A DNA stretch of 64,000 nucleotides, from positions 6,190,847 to 6,254,846 of the forward strand of contig OZ316892.1 of assembly GCA_973895155.1 (NCBI GenBank). The letters run 5' to 3'. Below are positions 24,144 through 38,100 of the stretch, piece by piece. A model generated the notes under the pieces. That model made no database searches. It saw nothing but the letters and a program-made list of their open reading frames with translations, and was not told the DNA's origin. This stretch comes from Marsupella aquatica (lineage: Eukaryota; Plantae; Marchantiophyta). The translations under genes and the position numbers were made by a program. Position 1 is the stretch's first letter; each line of letters starts with the position of its first letter.

Positions 24144-24597
24144 TCTTAAAAGACTCATAATTGGATTTAGAAGACCCTAAAGTTTTAATTTCCACAATTT
24201 TTTTAAAGTCTTCCCTTAAAACCAATAAAGTTACCATATTCTTCATCACACCTAATGTGTCAATTCTATGGAAGTGAAACCCCCGAGTGAGAGAGGATTC
24301 CGGTTTGTGGGAGAGGCAAATTTGGAGGTGCCTGCCAAGGTTTACAAGTTGAAGGGTGGCCAAAGATGTCTGACCCAAGTGAAATTTGACAGGATTTTGC
24401 TTTACATTGATCAACAACTTGTAGCCAAGCAAAGAGAGGAGGAGCAGGAGGAGGAGATCAACAATCAAAGAGAGGATTGAAGTGCAAAACCTCACTCTCC
24501 TTGGTGAAAGCTTGAACGCTTTCAGCTAGGAAATGGCTACTTTGTCCGTCCTGGTTTCTAGTGCATTCACTAGTGCATCGGACTATAGCTATATGGA

Positions 24598-24851
24598 TGT
24601 CTCCCCATCACCTGCAATGTTTTAGGCCTTGGACCCCCTAAAATGTAAGAACTTTTATTTTACTTTTCAACCCCTATAAATTGGAATATTCCAAAATTAG
24701 GACCCTAATATTCTTATATAAGTCTTAAAATTGGATTTAGAAGAGCCCATTGTTCTTCTGAGAAATTCTTAAGTCTCCCTTCGAACCAATAAAATGACCT
24801 TATCCTTCGTCGCACATGATGTGTCATTTTTTTGGAAGTGAAACCCCGGAG
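24598..24851. mobile_element. MITE subfamily B copy, one end lost, inverted relative to 21713-22009
   Basis: Reverse complement of ~21713-21990; ends GTGAAACCCCGGAG. Confidence 0.8.
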
Positions 24852-25167
24852 GCCGGTGGGCTTTCCATAGGTGGAGGAAGAGGCCAATCCAGTGGGCAAA
24901 GAATGACTAGAAGAGGAATAAAAATAAAAACTGTTTGGTACTACTTGTTGGGGACTTGGTCCATCCAGAGGTAGTCAGAGGAGGAAGCACAAAGGGATGG
25001 GAAGAGAAGGGAAGTGTGGACTAATTCTACTAGTGAGTTCAGGCTTCATGTACTATTTAGGAATTAGTCTTCAATCTCACATAGCTAGTTCCGTAATCAT
25101 GGTTACTGTCTTACCACCATTCTACTTGTTTCCCCAATGAATGCTTTATGTTTGAATATATACTTAG

Positions 25168-28100
25168 TTTGTTTTGTTTTGCCTCGAAAAAACTAATTGA
25201 ATTCCATTCCAAAAAGTCAGCATACAACGCGGGGGGCCAAAAAGCAGGACCGGCCCCAAGGGACCAAAGGTTGAGAGAGCCGAGGCCAGAAAAGGCTAGA
25301 ACCGGAGAAGGAGCAGAGCCTCAAGACAAGGTAGTAACCAAACCAGAAGTTTAGAAAACTACAGACGGAGGAGCAAAACTTCGAAGGCTAGCCAGTGCCC
25401 AGGGACTGGCGGGGTCCACTACAGTGGATCCAAGATAGAGATAATCCTATCAGTCTACCTGCAATACAACTCTTAAACCAGCAAGGCTCAAGGAACTCAC
25501 GGAGGGCGCGGGGGAACCGGTGGGACTTGGAGAATGTTTTCGTGGATCTTCCATAGTCCATCCTAGGTACCAAAATCCTGGCACATCTGGTGATGTGCCT
25601 CAACAAATGTGGATTTCCCAATCAGGATCTTGGCTCGATGTCGTGGCCTGTCACGCCTAATGTAGATACTGAGACGATGCCAAGACTTTCTAATGACCGT
25701 TTGCATGTTTGGGCATGTATGCTCTATGTAGTGGGTACAACGTTCTTTCCGTACTTGCCACCAAGTGATAGCCCTTAGGATGTGCCAAAGCTTTGCAGGA
25801 ATATCCCATTTGTCCGGTATGCCTGCTCCCATAAAAATGTGTACTGGTTGTAGTTGGACCCGAGTACTCCTGGAGAAAGCACAGAGTTGTACAATGTTTT
25901 GTACCCATCTCCAAACTGCCCATGACAATTCAAAATTCCATATGCAATGGACGATGTCCTCCTGCTGATTCCTCCCGCATCTGGTACACCAAGTGGTAGG
26001 GTCGGTTGGAGGGAGTGTGGGGAACCTCCAATGTTGTGTGGCTGGTATTGTATGTATGAGCTGCCACAAATAACAGTTCTCGCTAGCAGAGTGGAAAGGA
26101 AGCCAGGTGTTAGCCCAAAGGTGGTGGAGGTTGGGGCTCCAATTCAACCTGCTCGCCCATTTGCGGATAGCCTTGTGTGCAAAATCTGCTGGCCACCATC
26201 CTTGAATCTCCCTCAATTGTGCAATGGTTGTGTCCAAGAAGGATTTTCTGTCTTTCCATTTGTATTGTAGCAATGGCGTGAGGATTCTGGTGGGATGCCC
26301 AATTTTGAGGAGGAGAGTTACGCTGGTGTTTTTCTGCCAAACCATCACCCTGTGTAAGAGAGTCTCTATAGGGGGTGGAGCATTATCAATATATTCTGGA
26401 TAGGCAGCCGTTCAATACATTGAAGGTTCTCTTGGGGACGGTTGCATCCTGGAATTGTTGCCATTGGGTCGTAATGTACCTCCTCTGTGTGAGATACTCC
26501 CAGATGTAAAGAATCCAGTCAGGTAGAGTTGCCTCCATGAAAATAGATAGTACTTCCTCTGGGGTGCAGTGTAGCTCCAGGACACTCCTAAGATTAAGAA
26601 TCATCTTTTGTATACACTAGCACAGTTTGCCTGGTAAAACCACACAAAGACCATCCTCCCAGATAACAATTAAAATTCCCTTCCCCATCCAAGACGTCCT
26701 TCATGGAGCGGAAACCAGCCTGCTTGATATTTTGCTGAGGGTTGGTGTGGCACTTTGCCATTGACGAGTTGATGTCGTTTAGATGTGGCCTCCACAAAGG
26801 GAGATCCATCCAACCCTCAAGGTGGCCTTGTTGTGAAGGTCTCATATTTTTCTTAAGGACATTCCACGCAGTGCAAACGTTGGTCCATACACGTGATCCG
26901 GATAGTGGTAGAGTGTGACATTGTGAGAACACCCAAGTGAAGTCCTCCGTTCCCCACCTTCATTGTGATAACTGCTTCATTTCGTATTGGAGGATGCGAT
27001 GCAAGGGATGATCCCCTTTAGCAAGTGCCCAAATGATGAATTTTCTAGCGAGGGCCCTGAATTGAGCTGCAAGCAAAATCAAGCCCAATCCTCCAAATCT
27101 CTTAGGTCGTGTAATAGAAGCAAAGTCCACCCTTGCCCTGGCCTTCGTGTTTTGTCCAACCCATACAAAAGCTGTAATCTGTTGGGGATAATCCTTATCC
27201 CGAGACACCATGCACATGTAAACACCATACAAAGTAGTTGACACATCGAGTATGTGGTTCACCTCACAACTGAGGTTACGTCCACGGGAAAACAAGAGAC
27301 CTTTACTTCTCTCTTGCTCCACTCCAGCAATGAACTGAAGATCCACCAGGGGCTGGCATCAGCCCTGGTTATATACAATTAACATGCATCACTGCTAACC
27401 TAAACTAAGTCCTAACTTGAGTTAGCCTAATTGCGGTTAGCCCTAGAGTCACAAAACTAAGAGCAATACTCAACTCTGACTTCTAGAGATCATCCAAGGT
27501 ATTCAATTGGCCTACCCACACAGTGAGCGTGTACCAAAAGAGTGCTCACGACTAAGTGATTGGCCACAGTACGTGACCCGAGCAATCAAAGAACCAGAGC
27601 TCCTGCAAACCCTATCTAACCTAGTCTCCAACCTCTCAGACAGTGCTGAGACCATCTGTGATTCCGAGATGTGCTGAGCCAAAGGAACTCCAAGAAGCTT
27701 GGTGGCATTAGTGTCGTCTTCCCACTGCCAGGGTAAGCATTTGAATTCTGTCGGAATGGGATGAGGTGAGATATTCATGACTTTGGTCTTCTCCCAGGCG
27801 CAGTAGAGACCAGAAGCCCGACCAGAAGCCATGCCCAAAAGATGAAGAATCATCTTGCATTGATCCACATAATGCATCACTGCATGAATGAGCATGGCAG
27901 TATCATCTGCAAACAAATTGTGCACATTGGGCATCGCCACATGTTGAATGTCCACACCCCAAATTGTGCCCGGCTGACTTCCCACTGAATTAATCTGCTG
28001 AGGGAATTGATAGCAACGGGGATAGCAATCAGGAACAACAAGGGAGATAAGGGGCATCCCTGCCTAACCGAGCGAGCCAATCTGAAGGGCGAGGCCGTTT

Positions 28101-28250
28101 GCCCGTTAACCATTACCGCTGTGGCAGATGCATGTGTGGCCTGCAGGAAATCCATGAGCAGGCCCTCAAATCCAACTTTTGCCAACAGGGACTCGAGGAA
28201 GCGCCATTCCAATTTATTGAATGCCTTGGTGATATCCAACTTCAGTTTGG
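25168..28250 (-). mobile_element. 5'-truncated, frameshifted LINE (L1/Tx1-like) ORF2 remnant with 3' UTR and (CAAAA)n tail
   Basis: RT motifs KLDITKAFNKLEW, VRQGCPLSPLLF and LFADDT; GGLGL motif; zinc finger WCTRCG...EDIVHCIW. The 3' end tgtatgctgactttt...ttttttcgaggcaaaacaaaacaaa is shared with the LINE at 53120-55351. Confidence 0.9.
27180..27474. mobile_element. Solo LTR inserted in LINE ORF2
   Basis: Starts TGTTGG and ends CTCAAC; interrupts the LINE frame; homologous along its length to 54577-54924 (gtggttcacctc, ccaccagggg/cctggcatcagccctgg, tatatac, ctaagtcctaac, gagttagcctaa, gagtcacaa). The TSD is not clean. Confidence 0.68.
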
Positions 28251-28379
28251 TCGTGACTGACAGTCTAACTGGTATAGTAGGGCCAACTATAAGCAAGCTA
28301 TGGTATTTATTCTGATGTCAAGCTAGACCAATATGTTGCATGTGATATGTATTTACATTAAAACCTAAATGTTGGCATG

Positions 28380-28686
28380 CTCGGGGGCCTCAATCCAAGG
28401 GGTGTCCCATATCACGCTCGAAGTTTTGGGGGAATAAACACCCTAAAAGTTAAGTCAATAAAGTTTTTTTTAGGAATTTTTTAACCTCTAACTTAATGGA
28501 ATATTCCAAGAATATTCCCATATTTGATTTAAAAAAACCCTATGATTCTTATAATTCTCAAAATTGGATTAAAATAACCCTAATGTTCTTCAACAAAAAT
28601 TTAAAAGTATTTCACTAAACCCAATAAAAAAACCCTATACTTATTCGCGTGTGATGGGTTGGAAGAAAAGAAGTGAGTACCCCGGG
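28380..28686. mobile_element. MITE, subfamily A (307 bp)
   Basis: Termini CTCGGGGGCCTCA / GTGAGTACCCCGGG; perfect 8-bp TSD TTGGCATG. Confidence 0.9.
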
Positions 28687-30429
28687 TTGGCATGTATATA
28701 AAACACTTGCATCAAGTGATAATTCACTGGTTTACTTCCCACCCATAAGGCAATTGCTACACGCTAAACCCAATGAATCCCAAATCTGGAACTGCTAAGT
28801 ATCCAGGACACCAAATTAAACAATTGCCAATCAAAGGGTGTATGCACCTGGCGTTGAGATTTTGGTGCCTTGAGCTTTATGCACTAATATCTACTGCTGC
28901 AAATATGATGACTAATCAAAGCCTAGTATAGCCTCAACAACTTTGTCTCATGTTGAAATCTTTGTCTACAGTCTACATCTTTTCTTCACCTTCACATCTT
29001 TTGTGACTAGTTCAATCAATCATCATAAAACCGGGCACAATTAAAAAGGCACTGATGTAGTGTCCTTCTAATCATGGAGGAAATCACAAAGATAGTAGGT
29101 ACCCAACAATACCAGTTCCAAACTCCACTATTTCTATCTCAGACAAAAAAGAGGACGTTTGGCCTTCACAAAATACCACAAGAATATTCACATATTGTTC
29201 AACTCTGAATATTTGGGTGTTAAAAAACATGGACAAAGAGGGGAAAGGTAGCAGACTATGAGAAAACTAAGGGGGCACAGGAATTTGCTATCACCACAAA
29301 AATTCACAACTGAGCATGCACGTACTGTTGGAGAAAGATATTGGGTTATATTGGGTTGCCTTGCACATTTTTCAAGACAGAGATCTCGACTTAAATTCAT
29401 TGTTTAATTAGTCAATTGTGATGTAGTCAAAGCAAGGAGTGCTTCAAGTGCACGTCAATGTTGGTCCTATTGAACTGGGCTTACCCTGTGGGGACCATAA
29501 TTCTTGGCTCTGATGGTGCCTCTATTATACCCAAAGCTATAATGCCATGCAGTTACTATTGACCACCAAGAATTAATTGAAGCAAGACTGGGTCCATGCA
29601 ATGTAGGCCTTACTTTCAGAACTCACCATGATCCAAAATTGACCACCACGGTTTCAGCTGCAGACGGTGCCCAACTTTCCCAAACCAATCTCCCGTAGTA
29701 ATTAATTTAACTCAAGCACCTTGGAAGACGTGCACCAAGTAAAATATATGGCTGACATGCAGCGCTCCTATCCAACTGAAGTACATATATGTTACGAGAA
29801 TTTAAAAAATGTATACATGTGCACACAAGGCAAAATGTCATACAATTATCATTTGACGCCAGTGAGTTCAGACTAGGTAAACTGAAATCCATGATTTCAT
29901 ATTTATCGGATGTCCCCAAAGGGACCATGATTTCATATTTAGAAAGCTACAGTAGCATTTGTTTAGTGTAGGAGGTATTGATCTCACCTGATGGATTTAG
30001 ATTCTAATTCTGTGAGGCTAAGATGGACATTGCATGGAATTTAGATTCCAATCTAGTGTTGCAGGCTGGACATTGTCAAAATTACTAAGTTTGAATAACA
30101 CATGCTCAATTTGACTTATCTCTGTACCCATCCTGGGGAATAAAAACCAGATCTAGCCTCCTCTTCTAAGAGGTGACATTTGTTACTACAGGATATACAG
30201 CATGGATGCCCACATACCACAGGATTTAGATGCTAATCTCTGACAAGCTGAAAGAGACCCTGGGGGCTTTCAGAATATTAAAAGTACATAGCTAACGTAC
30301 ATACAGCGCTCTAATGAAAGCACACATAATGTTCAGTAGGAGCAAGAAGATGTGGCTCAAACCTTTAATTATGATGTGGGTTGTGAATTAGAGGAATTTG
30401 AAAGTTTGCATATTTTCAAATCCTTAATA

Positions 30430-31440
30430 AATCTGGTGTCCCCACTCACGGTTGAGAGGCCAAGAAATATATCTGGTGTACCCACTCAAGGTTGAGAGGC
30501 CATATCTCAAAACCAAATTATTTGCGCCCGTATTTGCGGCAATCTTTACACCCTTGGGAAGAAGAGGTCAAGCCTCTTCTAACCAAGCCCAGACACTCAA
30601 AGTTTGAGAGAAAAATGAGGAGTGACTCAGTATGAATCGCAAGCAGGCACAACAAATTCAAAATATAGTAGACAAAGAAGAATGTGTGATTGTTGAGCGT
30701 ACGAATGTGACACGATGTCCCATAAATACTGGACAAAAAAAAGGCAATTAAGGGCCAGGTTCCATGGGCCAGGGGAGTACGGTCATTCCCTCTGACACCC
30801 CCTACGGCCCAAATACACCATATGCTAAGGTGTACACAGTATTTGTAATGTATGAGTTTTGACTTAGGAGCTAATGAGAATGCCCTGTACTGTTGCTATA
30901 TGGCAAGGGAACCCTTGAAGTTTAAGAGGGAATATGAGAGAAAATCATACTCCCTATTATAGTATTTCTATAACCCTAAGCTGCAATCTTATTGGCTTAA
31001 AAATTCTTACAGTATCTGTCCTTAGTCCCAGCCCCCCTGGAATCTAGGGAAACTCATACTGGCTATTATTAATAGTATTTGTATAACCCTAAGCTGCAAT
31101 AAAAATTATGAGAGTATGGGTCCTTAGTCCCAGCCCCTGGAACCTAGCCCTAAGGTGTCATTGGAAAGTATTTTGGAAGGCCATTGAAACAAGCCCTTGA
31201 GCAAGACATTAACTTGAGTAAACTATGAGACATGATAACACCAAAGGCGAAGGTATCATTAATCTTAATTCAGACACAGGCATAGTGAACGCGAAGAGTT
31301 GAAACGAAGAGGGAACGCACGTTCAAGTAGAAACTTACAGCAGCAAGAAAGGACTCCATTCGGAGGAACGCGAAGAGTTGAAACAAAGAGACAACAAAGG
31401 ACCCCATTCAAACGAACACGAAGAGTTGAAACAAGAAGGC
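30430..31440. repeat. Cluster of short local duplications (probable decayed TE sequence)
   Basis: atctggtgt.cccactca.ggttgagaggcca x2 (30430-30503); atagtattt.tataaccctaagctgcaat...tccttagtcccagcccc x2 (30958-31140); gaacgcgaagagttgaaac x3 (31287-31432). Confidence 0.7.
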
Positions 31441-34400
31441 GAAGTTCAGGTGGCAACTCACAGCTGCCAAACAAAGACTCCTTTGAGAGGAAGATCAGTA
31501 GTCGCTTCATCCTCCAGGGCTCCAATCTTGGGCTTGTAAACTTGCTCCACCACACCTCCTGCGGCTTCACGCACTGGGCTTCAAAAATCGTTGCCCTCGC
31601 CTCCAGAGAAGTGTACTGGCGGTAGTTGATTTGGATCCCACAGCGTCCTCTAACCCAAGAGATCCTCCTTGCTCTCTGTCATGACAACGTACTCTTTCTC
31701 AAATGCCATGACCTTGGTTGCAGATCGATCGAGGGCTCCTGACCCTCCTTCACTCCCTCCTGATCGTCATCTGGATCATCCCCCTCTAGTGTCCATGCCT
31801 TACCATGAGCAACTGACTCCTCAGGTACGTCGGTGTCACCCCTTTTCTTGAGTTCAATCATCCTCCACTTTCCGACGCTTAAGCCCTCGCCACTTTACAC
31901 TCTCCCCCGCCGTCGTTTTTCCCATTTCCTCGTCTAGCTAACCACCATCGATACAACATATATAACCTTTTGGGATGAGAAGAATTAATCATCGAGGAAG
32001 AAGCACTCCTCAAGAAAAAAGTATGATCCCGGAAAATGTTGATCTTGATATACCGAAAGATATTGTCGGGAGGTCCCAGTGTTCTCACTCATCTGCGCGT
32101 GCTAGCTGTACACTGACACGCGGGGAGCCATGCACCTTCAGCTATATTCAATTACTCTCTACTCTGAATCTACACGGTTGAAGGCCGGGGGCCTATTTTT
32201 GGAAAATTGTTTTAAAAATAAAACAAAGCAACACAATTTTGTAATTGACGGATATCATCGTGTTGCATTCCACCTGACGCAAAAGCTTCAATGTTTCAAC
32301 TAAAGGTGGCCAGTCCTCTCACTATGGGGGATAGGGTCAACTAATTGTCAACTCACATATGCATAGAGAACTCCATCTCCCAGAATGGGAGGGCTGGGCA
32401 TTGCTGGTCAGGGTTGAATTCTTAGATTTGTATAGATGGCTCAGATTTTCATGCGCCCAGACGTGCCAAAAATTCATATCTGATTCTATAGCATAGAGTG
32501 ATGCCATCACCATGTGTGATGTGGCGTACCAGGCGAGTTTCCAAAGTCTCTCCTGCAATAAAAACATTACCCCACTCTTTACAATTTCTTCTAGCTCATT
32601 TCAAGAGATTAAAATTGGAACCGTTGCTCTTGTTCATCTTGCTTGTTTGAGTTGGCCATTTTTGGTGAGAAATTCCATCCTCTACGTGATATCATGGTTC
32701 CCCGAGCCAGACCTGCACGCTTGGCCCTGCGCGCAGGTACGATTTTGCTGTTGCTTGATTCATCGTTTCTGATGACATCTGATCGATATGGTGTGCCTCT
32801 ACACAACCAGTTCATTCCAGCGTCCACAGTACGAATATCCATAGCCAACCATTTAGCGTAGAAATTGAACGGAGACTCGTGCTGTCATATTTCCTGTGCA
32901 GGTCTCAATTCGGATATATATTCTCAGCTATTCGGTGCAGAACATTTCAGGGGGGTGAAATAAGTGAAACCAACACTAGCTGTCACTGCTCAAAGAGTAA
33001 CTAAGCTAGAAAGAAAACTTATATATCATCAAATCAAATATGGATAGATGTCGTCTCGAACAATGAGGGTGCAGCATAAAATATGACATGTAACCACAAG
33101 GGTGCAGCATAAACCAATGCTTTATAGATGGCACAGCATTTAGGACTGAGCAGCGCAAATAACCTTGGCCTATGATTGGAAGCAATCACAAATATTGCAA
33201 CCTGTATGCCTTCGCTTTCTTGGTACGGCGCTTTCCAGAATTGAAAGACAGCAAGCCACTATGGTCTACGTGTCGAAGTGCAGGCTCAGGGGAAGACCCC
33301 CCAAGTCTGCACATATCCTGGACCACCATATGCAGTACAATAAGCGTGGGAGTATGTGCACGATTACAAAATTGCAACACTTTCAGTATAGCACTTACAT
33401 ATTAAAGAAATCAGGTCTCGACCACTCCACCCTAAATAAACACTTTCAGTTTGAGCACTAGCTTAGAATCGGGTCTCGATGACGGTGAACTTGCTATCAG
33501 GTCCCACAGTCAACCCAAAAACCCTTGTTCATCTTTTTGCTAATTGGATAAGTGCATGTAAGTATTCTATGTAAAGCTCTTACATATCTTGTGTAAGCAA
33601 CTTGTGTAGTCTCTGCACTAATTGATAATTACATGGTACACCTACAGATGAAAATGGACATATATAGCTGTGAAGGTAGAGATGCACTCAGTCATGAAAA
33701 CTGTATCTTACATGACCGGCCTGCACGTACTTATCCGGGGATTATCCACGAAGTGCACTTTTCCAAGTGCTCTGCAGTTAGACATGGTGGGCTGTAAGCC
33801 ATTACGAGCGTAAAGAGTGGCATCGCAAAGGTGAGGACGATGACGCTCATAGTTTTTTAGTCTCTAAAGTGCACTCAATCTTTCACGAGCTAGCAGCCAG
33901 CCAGCCAGCTTGGGTATGACTGTCCTAAGTTTTATGTCCATGGTAGCCACGAACGGAGTCTGGACTAGGAGGGTTGCAGGATGGCGTTCTTTAGGCCGTC
34001 GCCTCCTCCAATTAATCAAGATTATTGACACATATGATCCTAGTCTTTGAAAGATTTTCGGACCTGGGCAACCTTTGGATGGTCAGAGGCAAGTTATCCA
34101 GGTGTACGTATACATTCATGTAAGGGACGCTTTATGCACCCTCATTTCTTCCCTCTTCAACATATGCACGATCCCTTGATCCAGCAGAAGTTAGGGAGAA
34201 CGAGGGACTGCTAACGAGTTTAGCCCTTGGGAATTCGAGCCATTACATTTTCAGAGAGGACTTAAGGTGGTGGGTAAATACGCACATTTATTTATGATAC
34301 TGTAACAGAATGATATCTCAATCAAGATCATTGAGCAATCTTAGCTAGTACGAAATCGAGATTCCTTTCAGTAAAGGCAGTGAGCACTGTATGGGCAGCA

Positions 34401-35164
34401 CTGTACGACCGAACTGACATAAGCTTTGCAGTGGGGGGGCCACAGAAGGTGATCGAAGGCGTGGTGTTAAGTACAGAGGAGGCACCACGCCACCAGCAAT
34501 AAGTTCTCCTGAGCCTGCAGATCAAGCTAGCCACCGTAACTGGTTGATATATCCGTGACCCACCGAGTACGTGGCCCTCATTGCCATAGCAGCATGGCAG
34601 AGGTTCGCGAGCACTGCTTGCTGGGCCTACGTTAGTCGTCCAGACTCTTTCGAACTTCATGCGCGATAAGGTCCTGCGATGTCATTACTTTATGCAGTTT
34701 TTCTGTGGCCACAAGCTGGGACACAATTGTTGTACCATCATATTGCTGACGTACTAGCTTCAGCGGTCAGCTCAAGTCATGGCTTAAAAAGTCTTGCAGT
34801 GGACTCGTCCTGTGTGCGGGTCTTCATGTCACGGTCATCCCCGCGGGAATCGAGATGGACATCAATTAATGTTCAGCATACACAGAAGCCTTTCAGGTAT
34901 GAGCGGTGACATTGAATTCGACGCCTGAGGCTAGTTCATGTCCTCGAAGGAGAAGGCTTCGTTGGGCCTAGAAACCGAATTTGTTGCTAGGCCCTGGGAT
35001 TTTCATTTGAATACAGAATTGTCACCAGGCTTATCATAGGAGAGCTCATAGGTGCCTCAACAAGTATCGATCAGTCCATTCTACCTGGCCGGTTGGGAGC
35101 CTAGCTTTGTGGAGTATAATATAGCGACGTTGTAGCGAACGGCCCAAGGCAGTGGTGAAAATCA

Positions 35165-38100
35165 ATGGGAGCGATTATGGGAGACCCAACAGGCATCGCA
35201 GGGGCTGTCGTCGGGTATGCTGTTTCCAAGCTATTGGATGAAGTTATCAAACAGACGAAAAACACCATCAATTATCGACGTTTCTGTGAAACTTTGCAGA
35301 AAACTCTAGAAAATATCCAACCTCTGGTAACAGCGGCGGCTGCGAGTCCACCTAGAGACTTTTATACAGACTCGAGTGGAAGAGTTGTAGCAGGTAATAA
35401 ACTCGTGACCTCATGTGACCCATTCTTTTTAGAAGATCCTCACTCTGGTTCTCCAACGCTGGAACCTCAGAAGGCAATTCTAGTGAAATTTCTATATGTA
35501 TGAATGTGAATGTCGAAACATGTTCTAATTGCAATAGTGAATGTGGACTTTTTAATACCCAATAGGTGGATCTGATGATTACCGTGATTTGTTCGTCTAT
35601 GGTTAGAGATACTCTCATTGCTCCTACCGCTGCTTATTTGAAGTACTGCAATGCTGTCGACGACTGGTCACATTATTGTTGTGGATTATCAGGACCCGGC
35701 GCTAGCGCTGTGAAGAAGTGGCTGGAAGATATAGAGAGAGTCTTGAAGGACGCGCGTGCGCTAGTACTGCAATGCGACACGACCTCGTACTTCAATGTCT
35801 TCTCTAGAAACAAAATGGCTCGAAAGATTTTACGTATCACCGAAGAAATAGAGTCTGTCAGCATGACTCAGGCACCCCTTGCGGCGTTGCCCACTCTGGA
35901 AGAAATAGTACAAGTAGCACATGCGAACAATCGACTACTGGCCGAGATCAAGGCCCTCCAGGTCAATGTGAATGCCAGGGCTGTGGGAGGTACGACACAA
36001 GAAATCCTCCAGATCGAGGGAATACAACCGGCCCAGGCATTTCTGGAAATCAGGAGTCGGACAGACATACTTGCAGCCAGTGTGTACAGCGCTTCAGGCC
36101 AAACCCAGAGTTCTCACCAAAACGACCACGTCGACGATGAGAGAAGCTCGTACACGCTTCGACAGGTTCCAGAAAAGACCTTTGGAATGGATGAGCCTTT
36201 GAAGAAACTGCAGGATCTTCTCCTTAGCGAGAGGAAGGATATGAAATGGGTTGGAGTCTATGGCAAAGGAGGGATTGGAAAAACTCTATTGGCAGAGCAG
36301 GCCTACAACAGCGAGGCGGTTCAAGACCACTTTCAAAAGAATACCTTTTGGCTCACCGTAGGAAAGAGCCCGTCAATCGAACGACTCCTGAAAAAGCTGT
36401 GTGAAATGCTTCGTATCAAAACTGACTACATCGACTCACATGAAGAAGCCAAGACGAAGCTCTTCAATGCACTTCTTCGAAAGAAAGTGCTCCTAGTCTT
36501 AGATGACGTTTGGGAAGGCGTCATCCTGGACTGGTTGGATGTTACTGCGGGCTGGGAAAGTGGCAGCAAAATATTAGTGACCACCCGCAACATGGAGGTC
36601 AATTTCACAAAATTTCTTCAGTTGCAAGATACCTATGTACTGACGGACGGTCCGTGGCGTTATGTGATTGTCGTGATAGTCAAACTTTGCGTTTGAACGT
36701 TGATGCTTCCAAACACGTTGTAGACAGACCGGGTTCTTTTTATTAAATTGCAGTCTTTCGTGCATGGATCGATCACAAATGCGTTGAATCGGGTAAATGT
36801 GCTCAATCAAGGTGAAAAGTTTTGCTGAAATACCTCAAAACCAAGCACCATCTATTGTCAGGATCTTGTTTCACAAATCTTTGTTTATGGACAAGAACTC
36901 GGTGTTGAGCGTACTGTCGTCGAGAGTTACTCATACGTAGCTCTAAGTACTTCCAGCTGCTGGATAACAAGGAGAATTGAAGTTTAGCACGAACTGATCA
37001 ACGCTCAACTTCTAATTTAGATACAGCCAACTTACCTTAGCTACTACTTGCATGTCTTTAGGTACTAACGCGAAAACACGCGCAAGACGAACCGACTGTA
37101 AGAATGGAGCGCCTGTCTGACAACGACAGTTTGGAGCTCTTTTGTGAGTTTGCATTCGCAGGTGTCGGCAACATGCCAAGCACACTAGAGCACTTGGTAA
37201 GTCTTTGAACCGGATGCAACTTCCCCCGACTTGATTTAGATGGATTGTTGACATATCGGTCTTAAATACTCAAATTCTCTGTTCAAGTTTGCTACGATCA
37301 AATGAGAAATTCCTTAGGCAAGATACAAACTCGGATATAGACGGAACACAAGTGTGTTAGTGCAGTATAGTTTTACATGTGATGGTTGAATGTTTGATGT
37401 GTTTTAGTCTAATGGTTTGACGAGGCATTTGATCAACATGAGATGCAATTTGACTGGTTTGGTTAATCTCTAATAGCTCCAGTCTATATTTTATTGTAGG
37501 GGAGAGCGGTAGCGGATGAGTGCAAAGGGCTCCCATTAGCCCTAAAAGTTATAGCTGGAGCCCACGCTGGTCAGACGGAACCTGAGCAGTGGCAGAGATC
37601 ACTAAATAAGCTCAAGGAGGCAGAAGTATTGAATATTGACCACCAGGAACAAGTCTACAACAGGCTGCTACTCAGCTATGACTCTCTAGAGTTGTTAGAG
37701 CCTGACCATCGCCACAGACTCCAGAAGTGTTTTATCTACTTTGCTGGCTTTGCAGAAGACAGTGACGTGGACATGGAAAAATTGGTGAAATTGTGGGCTG
37801 GAGAGAAACTGTTAGAAGTTGGTGAGGACGAGGATGATACTTATCCTTCATTAGATGGCAACTATCTGCTAGGCGTGCTCATTGGGCGATCACTGATAGA
37901 TCTACAACAGGCGAAATGGTGTGACACTGTGAATTCGCCCAAGCTTAAATGTCGTGTTCATGATGTTCTTCGAGACTTGGCTCGACACCTCATTCGCCAA
38001 GGACGTGCACCTATGGTATGCATGTTGTTCATCACTGACTTTTGAATGCTTCTTGGAACTCAAGGAATTGCACCACCAGGTTACTTGTTTCCTATCAATT

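Noticed and set aside
21713-24851. ~270-bp inverted repeat pair suggesting one 3-kb transposon
   Set aside because: The left arm has its own TIRs and TSD, so these are separate MITE copies in opposite orientation.
29150-29420. Possible Ulp1-like protease remnant on the minus strand (IFVVIAN, YSCG)
   Set aside because: Motifs are too short and broken to support without a search.
31450-35000. Short ORFs upstream of the NLR (possible head-to-head partner gene)
   Set aside because: I could not recognise any domain or consistent exon chain; likely decayed TE or intergenic DNA. A blastx search would be needed.
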